Assembly (NCBI GenBank): GCA_964404805.1 | Contig: CAYOLJ010000001.1 | Span: forward strand, 2,172 to 41,192 | Source of the DNA: an uncultured Candidatus Peribacteria bacterium | GTDB lineage: Bacteria; Patescibacteriota; Gracilibacteria; Peribacterales; Peribacteraceae | Reading direction: 5' to 3' | Length of the DNA: 39,021 bases | Shown here: piece by piece, positions 1 through 6,971 of the stretch | Position numbering within the stretch: the first letter of the stretch is position 1 | How the letters are laid out: each line of letters begins with the position of its first letter | Notes under the pieces: model-generated | What the model was told of the DNA's origin: nothing | Databases searched by the model: none | Seen by the model: the letters and a program-made list of their open reading frames with translations, nothing else | Made by a program: the position numbers and the translations under genes

Positions 1-277
1 TATCCTGCAGCCGCCAGACCAAGTTGCCGAATTCCGGAGACTCCACATCCTCCGGAGTATGGATACTCATGAGCTCTTCGCCTGTAAACTGCAATGCGGC
101 GATTGCCGCCTCGTTGCGCAGACGATCCTTCACCAGGCGATCGATAGTCGTACGGCTGTGAAGAAAGAAAAACACGCATGCTCCTATCAGTACTGTGAGC
201 GTTACGCCCAGCAAAACAATCGTGCGCCACGACAGCAGTGCCGGGCGACGGTGCGGTGGCGGGGCAGAGAAATCCAT
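1..277 (-). CDS. Partial CDS (N-terminus only, continues past the left edge): membrane-anchored protein of unknown function
   Basis: It has no stop in the window, so it is absent from the ORF track. The reverse complement from ATG (277-275) reads MDFSAPPPHRRPALLSWRTIVLLGVTLTVLIGACVFFFLHSRTTIDRLVKDRLRNEAAIAALQF... and stays open to position 1. It has one TM-like hydrophobic segment and is divergent from alaS. The + strand ORF 59..361 is its antisense shadow. Confidence 0.4.
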   Translation of the reverse strand, partial: MDFSAPPPHRRPALLSWRTIVLLGVTLTVLIGACVFFFLHSRTTIDRLVKDRLRNEAAIAALQFTGEELMSIHTPEDVESPEFGNLVWRLQD

Positions 278-498
278 AAGGTGTTTGTTGGGCTTATTGT
301 AGCAGAAAATGGCATTTTGAGCCATGGAACTTTGACAGGAAGATCGCCGCGTAATCGATGAATATTTACGAAACTCCTGATGCGCCGGCAGGCCCACCAT
401 CTGCTATGCTCGGCGCATGCGTCCTATGACGACCCGTCTTCGCTCCTCGGTCTACTCGGAGCTTCGCCGGGCAAGCCAACTCTTCCCTTCCATAACAC

Positions 499-2310
499 AT
501 GTCTCCTGTGAGCACTGACGATATTCGAAAGGCATACTTAGACTTCTTTAAGAAAGAGGGTCACGCCGTGATTCCCGGGGCATCACTGATCCCTGAGAAC
601 GATCCTACTGTGCTCTTCACCACGGCCGGCATGCACCCGCTCGTGCCCTACCTGCTGGGCGAGACACACCCTGCGGGTAAGCGCCTCACCGACGTGCAGC
701 GTTGCATCCGCACACAGGATATCGACGAAGTGGGTGACGCGTCGCACCTCACGTTCTTTGAAATGTTGGGCAACTGGAGTTTGGGCGACTACTTCAAAGA
801 AGGGGCAATAGACATGAGTTTTCGGTTTCTGACGGAAATCCTGCAGATCCCGCGCGAGATGCTGGCAGTCACGTGCTTCGAGGGCGACAAAGATGCGCCG
901 AAGGACGAGGAATCGGCAAAGATCTGGGAGAAGATGGGCATTCCCCGCAAGCGAATTGGCTTCCTACCCAAGACCAAGAACTGGTGGGGACCTGCTGGCC
1001 AGACCGGCCCGTGCGGACCCGATACCGAGATGTTCTACTGGGTGGGCAAGGGCAAGCCACAAGGGAATCCCGCTACACACGAAGATGCGTGGCTCGAGAT
1101 CTGGAACGATGTCTTCATGCAGTACAACAAGAATGTAGATGGCACCTTCGAGCCGCTTGCCCAGCAGAACGTCGATACGGGAATGGGTTTGGAGCGCGTT
1201 GCGGCTGTCTTACAGGGAAAAAACAATGTGTACGAGACGGACCGGATGAAGCCGATTGCCGATCAGGTGATGGAGATGTCGGATCAGAAAGACGACCGAC
1301 ACCTGCGCGTTATTGTGGATCATCTTCGAGCTGCAACGTTCATCATTGGAGATGGCATCACTCCCTCGAATGTAGATCAGGGCTACATCTTGCGACGCCT
1401 GATTCGCCGCGCCATCCGCTCTGCGCGTCAGCTCAGAATCGAGCACGATGGTACGTTCACGCCTGCCATCGCCAAAGCGGTGATTGCGCAGTACGGTCAC
1501 ATATATCCGCAACTGCAGGAACGTCACGCAGCCATCGGCGAAGTGCTCGGTCGCGAGGAACAGCAGTTCGGCAAAACACTCAAAGAAGGGATGAAGCAAT
1601 TCGAGCGCGCAGCAGGAGAGGCAGGAACGCAGATGGACGGGACCACCGCATTCCACCTCTACGACACGTACGGCTTTCCACTGGAACTCACGAAGGAGCT
1701 CGCACAGGAAAAAGGACTCACGGTGGATGAGACGGGATTTAAGAAAAAATTTGAGGAACACCAGGCCCTCTCACGTGCAGGTGCCGAAGCCAAATTCAAA
1801 GGCGGACTGCAGGATCACGGCAGCCAGACGACCAAACTGCACACAGCGACACACCTCCTCAATGCAGCGCTACGGAAAGTGCTGGGCGATCACGTCTATC
1901 AGAAAGGCAGCAACATCACTGCGGAGCGACTGCGATTCGACTTTTCTCATCCCGACAAGATGACACCGGAACAGGTGAAAGAAGTGGAGAAGATTGTGAA
2001 CGAAGCCATTACGGCCGATCTGCCAGTGTCCTACCACGTCACCACCGTTGACGGTGCAAAGCAGGAGGGAGCCATCGGCGTCTTTGATGCACGGTACGGA
2101 GCGGAGGTTAAAGTGTATGTCGTGGGTGATCCCAAGAAAGGAGCCGTGTTCGGCAAAGAAATCTGTGGCGGACCCCACGTGGCTCGCACTGGAATGCTCG
2201 GGTCGTTCAAGATTCTCAAAGAAGAGAGCTCATCTGCTGGCGTGCGCCGCATCAAGGCTGTGCTTGAAGGAGGGACAGACGAGACCACCGTGGCCCAGGA
2301 GGAGTCATAG
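499..2310 (+). CDS. alaS: Alanine--tRNA ligase, compact form (catalytic + editing domains, no C-Ala domain)
   Basis: The N-terminus DIRKAYLDFFKKEGHAVIPGASLIPENDPTVLFTTAGM...HLTFFEMLGNWSLGDYFK is the class II AlaRS signature. The editing-domain Zn motifs HTATHLLNAAL and CGGPHV are present. The protein ends about 40 aa after CGGPHV, at 603 aa. Confidence 0.95.
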   Translation: MSPVSTDDIRKAYLDFFKKEGHAVIPGASLIPENDPTVLFTTAGMHPLVPYLLGETHPAGKRLTDVQRCIRTQDIDEVGDASHLTFFEMLGNWSLGDYFKEGAIDMSFRFLTEILQIPREMLAVTCFEGDKDAPKDEESAKIWEKMGIPRKRIGFLPKTKNWWGPAGQTGPCGPDTEMFYWVGKGKPQGNPATHEDAWLEIWNDVFMQYNKNVDGTFEPLAQQNVDTGMGLERVAAVLQGKNNVYETDRMKPIADQVMEMSDQKDDRHLRVIVDHLRAATFIIGDGITPSNVDQGYILRRLIRRAIRSARQLRIEHDGTFTPAIAKAVIAQYGHIYPQLQERHAAIGEVLGREEQQFGKTLKEGMKQFERAAGEAGTQMDGTTAFHLYDTYGFPLELTKELAQEKGLTVDETGFKKKFEEHQALSRAGAEAKFKGGLQDHGSQTTKLHTATHLLNAALRKVLGDHVYQKGSNITAERLRFDFSHPDKMTPEQVKEVEKIVNEAITADLPVSYHVTTVDGAKQEGAIGVFDARYGAEVKVYVVGDPKKGAVFGKEICGGPHVARTGMLGSFKILKEESSSAGVRRIKAVLEGGTDETTVAQEES

Positions 2311-2330
2311 TCACATAAATTGAGGTACCA

Positions 2331-3533
2331 TTGGCACACGTATATATGCGACTTCGCTCGCTCCTCCTCGCAACGGCTCTTCTCGCCCTGCCTGTGATCG
2401 CATCGGCGGAGCAACAGACAGTGCTCCATCTTGGTGATCAAGCGGAACAGGTACAGTGGCAGACCGTCGGTCTCCCACCGGTGACCCCACTCGAAAACGG
2501 CATCTATATCGCAACAACAAAAACAGGGACGCTCGCGCGCCCCCTTACGCTCCCCTACGGTATCGATGCGGTCACCGTCTCGTACACCAGCCCACGTGGT
2601 GCATCGCTCTCGTTCATCTGGCGCAGCACCGACAGCCCCGCCGGAAAGTATCTACAAATTCCCATCACCCTCCAGCCGAGCACCACCGCCACGTCAATCG
2701 TGGTAGACATGAGCGCTGTGGGAGGATGGGATCCGCACGCCGCTGCCATCGGCTTCCAACTTCCTCCCAATACCGAGATCATCTTTCATGATGTCGAATT
2801 GAACGGATGGAGTGTTAGAGAGAGCTTTATAGAAGCCATAAAATGTTTCTGGACGTTCGACAGGCTCAAGGCGCACAGCATCAACTTTTTCTGGGGTCCG
2901 CTGCTCTGCTCCACGCCTGTCTTGCGCGAAAATCTCTATCGGAATCAACCGCCCATAGCCCACTCTGCTATGCGGGTAGTGTACGCACTCCTCGCTATCT
3001 CAACGGGAATCATCGCCTTCATGGCCTGGTGCAAGCGTGACGGGAGTGCCCTCAAAAGGATCTTTGTGAGATCGGCGGTACTCTTTCTGCTCTTCTGGAT
3101 TGTGCTCGATATCCGCATGGGATCAGAACTCATCGCCGCATGGAGATACGACGTGCGCTCCTACCTTCAGCAATCCATCGGTAAACGCACATTCCGCACC
3201 ATGGGCTTTCTTCCGGATTTTGCACTGGCTACCCAGGGCATTCTCTCAGACCAACCACGTTACGTGTTCATCACACCCACAACAGACACCTTCGTGAACT
3301 TCATGCGGTACCAGACGTATCCCAGCCTCCCCGTGAAACCGGAAGAGGGATCTGACGCAGCCGTCTGGCTCGTCTATGGACGACCCGACCTGACCATAGG
3401 ATCCGACGGCCGCATCATGGAAGATGGCAAACCTCTTTCGCCTCCTGGCGCACTCGTGCACCAGTTCGCGGAGGGAATCTTCGTCTTCCGTGTGACATCA
3501 CAATCTTCTTCATCGTCATCGCTCGCCCCATGA
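2331..3533 (+). CDS. Membrane protein with N-terminal signal peptide, unknown function
   Basis: The 400-aa ORF has a signal-like N-terminus (LLLATALLALPVIASAEQ) and two or more internal TM segments (VVYALLAISTGIIAFMAW, AVLFLLFWIVLDI). Its stop overlaps the next start (ATGA at 3530-3533). Confidence 0.6.
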   Translation: MAHVYMRLRSLLLATALLALPVIASAEQQTVLHLGDQAEQVQWQTVGLPPVTPLENGIYIATTKTGTLARPLTLPYGIDAVTVSYTSPRGASLSFIWRSTDSPAGKYLQIPITLQPSTTATSIVVDMSAVGGWDPHAAAIGFQLPPNTEIIFHDVELNGWSVRESFIEAIKCFWTFDRLKAHSINFFWGPLLCSTPVLRENLYRNQPPIAHSAMRVVYALLAISTGIIAFMAWCKRDGSALKRIFVRSAVLFLLFWIVLDIRMGSELIAAWRYDVRSYLQQSIGKRTFRTMGFLPDFALATQGILSDQPRYVFITPTTDTFVNFMRYQTYPSLPVKPEEGSDAAVWLVYGRPDLTIGSDGRIMEDGKPLSPPGALVHQFAEGIFVFRVTSQSSSSSSLAP

Positions 3534-4939
3534 CACTTCTCTGGCTCCCTGTCGGCACCGCACTCCCCACTCTCTCGGGCTGGCTGCTCGTACGATTGTG
3601 TGAAGGAAACCACCCCGTACTCCTGCGACTCGAACGCTGGACGCTTGGATTCCTGCTGGGAGTCACCGCCACGATGTTCGTGACGTTCCTCGCACACATC
3701 AGCGGACTGGTGCTGTTCACGCGCTGGGGTTTTCTCGGCGTGCAAATCGCCCTCACGGCGGTACTCGCCATCCTGCGATTCCTTCAATGGCGACTCTCTC
3801 ACGCGCACGTTCGCCCTGCCTCACTCCCTTTGTCTCATCCCACGCGTCTTTGGATGGTGATCCTCATCGCGGTGCTCACGCTCTGGACACTCGTTAAAAT
3901 CACCTTCGGCTCCTTCATTCTCGTTTCGACACCATCATACTTCGATGACTCACTCAAGAACTGGAACTACCGAGCCAAGGTTTTCGCCTTCACGCAAACA
4001 CTCGATGTCGACATCACCGAGAACGGCGGAGGAGATGTACTGAGCAGTTACCCTCCCACGGTTTCGCTCTTCAAAGCTTCACTCGCCACACTGGAAGGAG
4101 GGTGGGACGGGAGCCTCGTGAACAGCGTGCATATCCTCTGGTTTATCGCTCCACTCATACTGCTCTACTGTGCGCTCCGCCGCCGTACGGGGTGGCAATG
4201 GGCTCTACTGGGCACCTATCTGCTCGCGAGTCTGCCGCTCTATTTCTTCGACGGCCTCAACGCCTATGCGGATGTCTTTCTCTCGGGTCATCTGCTCGCC
4301 GCAGGCGCTGCGCTCACACAAGGACTCACGGAGCACGATGCTCACCGTAGACAAAGCTGGCTGCGCCTGTTCGCTCTCGCTGCGGGCCTACTCGTGTTTA
4401 CCAAAAACGAGGCTCTCGTGCTCTACCTGCCATTACTGCTTGCCGTGCTCATCGGTGGACTCGTATTCCTGAAACAACGCAAGAGGATGACGAGTCGGGA
4501 GGTTTGGAAGACGATCGCATGGACAGTAGGATGGCTGCTTGCGATCGGAGCGCCGTGGGTGCTCTTCAAATGGGCACACGGGCTGGCGTTCGGCAACGCC
4601 AAGGCGATTACCTCCAGTTACTCCTTCGGCTGGCAATCGGGAGTGCTCTACGTCTTGTGGGTGAATACGTTCTTTGAGGGCAACTGGCACTTGCTCTTTC
4701 CCCTCCTTCTGCTCCTTCTCGTTCTCAAACACAAATACCTGCTGCGATCGACCGTGACTCCTCTTGCGCTCTTCGTGCTCGCGGCGCTCCTGCTTCAGAT
4801 ATCGCTCTTTCTCTTCACTTCGCTCTCCGTTGAAGCCCTGAAGCAGACGGGGCTCGCCCGCGGCTTCGTACAGTTGGCTCCGTTGGTGGTACTGCTCACA
4901 ACACTCCTTGCACACGAGGCGCTGCAGAAACGCGAGTAA
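3530..4939 (+). CDS. Polytopic integral membrane protein, possibly a GT-C-type glycosyltransferase (weak)
   Basis: The 469-aa ORF has 10 or more hydrophobic segments. A YFDD motif sits in an early loop, reminiscent of ArnT/PMT-like enzymes. It is translationally coupled to the upstream gene. The functional call is tentative. Confidence 0.6.
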   Translation: MTLLWLPVGTALPTLSGWLLVRLCEGNHPVLLRLERWTLGFLLGVTATMFVTFLAHISGLVLFTRWGFLGVQIALTAVLAILRFLQWRLSHAHVRPASLPLSHPTRLWMVILIAVLTLWTLVKITFGSFILVSTPSYFDDSLKNWNYRAKVFAFTQTLDVDITENGGGDVLSSYPPTVSLFKASLATLEGGWDGSLVNSVHILWFIAPLILLYCALRRRTGWQWALLGTYLLASLPLYFFDGLNAYADVFLSGHLLAAGAALTQGLTEHDAHRRQSWLRLFALAAGLLVFTKNEALVLYLPLLLAVLIGGLVFLKQRKRMTSREVWKTIAWTVGWLLAIGAPWVLFKWAHGLAFGNAKAITSSYSFGWQSGVLYVLWVNTFFEGNWHLLFPLLLLLLVLKHKYLLRSTVTPLALFVLAALLLQISLFLFTSLSVEALKQTGLARGFVQLAPLVVLLTTLLAHEALQKRE

Positions 4940-5007
4940 ATTCGAAACCCGGACAAAAAAAGACCGCCTGCACTCTACGCGCGCTTTTCTGTATACTCCG
5001 TTCCGCT

Positions 5008-6276
5008 ATGCCATCCTACGCTGCGTTCCTCGGTCACCAGCCTCGCATCTCGCTGGCAGAACTCTCGGCCACTGTGCCGGGTTTCACGCTGCGCAGCATC
5101 CTCAACGAATCCATCGTGCTGTTCGAAAGCCCTGTCGAGCTCGATGCGGAATTCCTCGATGCACTCGGTGGCGTCGTAGTGGTCGCACGTCAGGTGACCG
5201 ATCAGGCAGTAGCCCTGAGTGAAGTACCGGCCATTCTCGTGAGTGAACTCAAAGACGCCAAGCGCGGCAAAGTGGTGTTCGCCCTGCGTACATTCCTGCT
5301 CCCAAAAAAGACGATTCACTCCCTCTACCGACAGTGCAAAGAGGCCCTGCGCAAACAGGGTCGCCCTTGTCGCTACGTGGGGAGCGAACGCGAGCCGGCT
5401 GCTCCGGTTCTCCTGCGGGATGCAGGCTTACTCGACCCCAAGCGCGGATGCGAACTCGTGCTTCTGCTCGAAGGTGACGACGAAGAGAATCTCTCGCCGT
5501 GGATCGGCCGCACCGTGTGGGCACAGAACGTGAATGCCTACACCAAGCGCGACATGGCGAAACCTGTGCGCGATACCACAGTGGGATTGCTCCCGCCCAA
5601 ACTTGCACAGATTCTGCTCAATCTGGGTGCGTGGCTCGCGCGGGGATGCCAGACACCCGTACCGGATGTTACATTCAAGAAACCCAAGGAGCCCGAGCCC
5701 TTTACGGTGTTCGATCCATTTTGCGGTACTGGCGTCATCCCCATGGAGTGCCTCATGCGCGGATGGCATGTGCTGGCATCGGATATCGCGCAGAAGGCGG
5801 TGAACGGGTGCAGCAAGAATCTGGAATGGACAAGAAAGGAGTGGAAGATCCTCAAGAAGGATGTCGATGCCACAGTGTGGAAGCAGGATGCCACCAAGCC
5901 GTTTTTCTTGAAGAAACTGCCCGACCTCGTCGTGAGCGAGACCACGCTTGGCCCCGCACTTGAAGGCCGTCCCTCACAAAAATCCGCCGCCAAGATGAAG
6001 ACGGAGCTCGAGAAACTCGAGGCGGCCTTCATCGAGAACTGCAGCAAGACCCTGCCGGGCGTGCCGCTGGCACTCACGTGGCCCTTCTGGAAGATTAAGA
6101 ACGAAACGATCTTCCTCGAACGCGTGTGGGAAGCCGCCCACGCTGCCGGGTACAGCGCCACTCTGCCGCCAGGTGTTGCTCCCAGCCGTGCTGATCGCCT
6201 CTCGCTGCTCTACCGCCGCCCCGATCAGTTCGTAGGCCGCGAGGTCGTGCTGCTGATCCCCAAGAAAAGGAAGTAG
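5008..6276 (+). CDS. SAM-dependent methyltransferase (UPF0020/Trm11-like RNA or DNA methylase)
   Basis: Motif I is VFDPFCGTGVIPMECLMRGWHVLASDI. There is no canonical (D/N)PPY motif IV; the corresponding position reads VVSETTLGP. Confidence 0.7.
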   Translation: MPSYAAFLGHQPRISLAELSATVPGFTLRSILNESIVLFESPVELDAEFLDALGGVVVVARQVTDQAVALSEVPAILVSELKDAKRGKVVFALRTFLLPKKTIHSLYRQCKEALRKQGRPCRYVGSEREPAAPVLLRDAGLLDPKRGCELVLLLEGDDEENLSPWIGRTVWAQNVNAYTKRDMAKPVRDTTVGLLPPKLAQILLNLGAWLARGCQTPVPDVTFKKPKEPEPFTVFDPFCGTGVIPMECLMRGWHVLASDIAQKAVNGCSKNLEWTRKEWKILKKDVDATVWKQDATKPFFLKKLPDLVVSETTLGPALEGRPSQKSAAKMKTELEKLEAAFIENCSKTLPGVPLALTWPFWKIKNETIFLERVWEAAHAAGYSATLPPGVAPSRADRLSLLYRRPDQFVGREVVLLIPKKRK

Positions 6277-6342
6277 CCTGTTTTGCAGCGAAAAGTGAAA
6301 CTTCCTCTTTTTCTCTGGCAAGGAGTATCCTTATACTGCAGT

Positions 6343-6376
6343 AGCAGTGGGTTAGTCACTGCTGTGTTCTTTTCGC
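6343..6376 (+). terminator. Candidate rho-independent terminator after the methyltransferase gene
   Basis: Stem AGCAGTG (6343-6349), loop GGTTAGT, stem CACTGCT (6357-6363), followed by the T-rich GTGTTCTTTTCGC. Confidence 0.4.
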
Positions 6377-6418
6377 TTCATCGGTCCCCTGTAGCTCAAT
6401 GGTAGAGCAATCGGCTGT

Positions 6419-6971
6419 GAACACTCACTATGGTATACTCACATGTGTATGCCAGAGAAACGTACCTACGCCGACCGTGCGGAATACCTGAAAAAAGCGG
6501 TAGCCAAGAGGCGGAGGAAACTTCGTAAAATGGTTGTCGCATACAAAGGAGGAAAATGCGTCATCTGTGGATACAAGAAATACATTGGCGCATTTGCACT
6601 TCATCATATCGATGGTTCGCAAAAAGAGTTTGGACTTTCAGCGCGAGGATTGACCCGTTCGTGGGAAAAGGTGAAACGTGAAGCTGATAAGTGTGCGCTG
6701 ATATGCGCCAACTGTCATCAGGAATTGCACGGTGGTGTAACGCAGCTTCCCAGGGAAATCCTGGGTCGATAACGAGGTGAATTGCTGGAAACCCTCCCGC
6801 GTAAGCGAAGGGCAATCAGCAGCCAAGCCCTGACTCTCTCAAGGAGTCTCGGAAGGTTCAGAGACTATCCTTAATGGAGTAGTCCCGCACTTGCGGGACG
6901 AAGCGCCTCGCACCCTGTATATGATGGGTGATGATATAGTCCACTCCTTCTGGAAACAGAAGGGCAATGTG
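6419..6971 (+). ncRNA. Group I self-splicing intron (553 nt) in the tRNA anticodon loop
   Basis: The classical conserved elements are present: P AATTGCTGGAAACC (6780-6793), Q AATCAGCAGC (6814-6823), R GTTCAGAGACTAT (6856-6868) and S TGATATAGTCC (6932-6942). P:Q (TTGCTG/CAGCAG) and R:S (GACTAT/ATAGTC) are complementary. There are GNRA-capped hairpins (CGC-GTAA-GCG at 6798-6807; CCTTCTG-GAAA-CAGAAGG at 6946-6963) and a hairpin GTCCCGC-ACTT-GCGGGAC (6882-6899). U precedes the 5' splice site and G is the last intron nucleotide. Confidence 0.85.
6443..6772 (+). CDS. HNH homing endonuclease encoded inside the group I intron
   Basis: The 109-aa ORF carries CVICGY...LHHIDGSQKEF...KCALICANCHQELHGG, i.e. 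a Cys4 zinc site plus the H-N-H signature. Confidence 0.8.
   Translation: MCMPEKRTYADRAEYLKKAVAKRRRKLRKMVVAYKGGKCVICGYKKYIGAFALHHIDGSQKEFGLSARGLTRSWEKVKREADKCALICANCHQELHGGVTQLPREILGR

Noticed and set aside
59-361. 100-aa + strand ORF at the left edge
   Set aside because: It is antisense to a better candidate, the minus-strand frame open from ATG 277 to position 1, which has a TM segment. The + strand ORF has an odd Cys/Arg-rich composition typical of shadow ORFs in GC-rich DNA.
380-498. T-box leader upstream of alaS
   Set aside because: The leader is only ~120 nt. It lacks the specifier-loop architecture, the AGAGA/GNUGGNA elements and the conserved T-box sequence.
873-1761. Long alternative-frame and antisense ORFs inside alaS (e.g. 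873..1730 +, 1210..1761 -)
   Set aside because: They lie entirely within a confidently identified gene. Their Arg/Gly/Cys-rich composition is typical of off-frame translation of GC-rich coding DNA.
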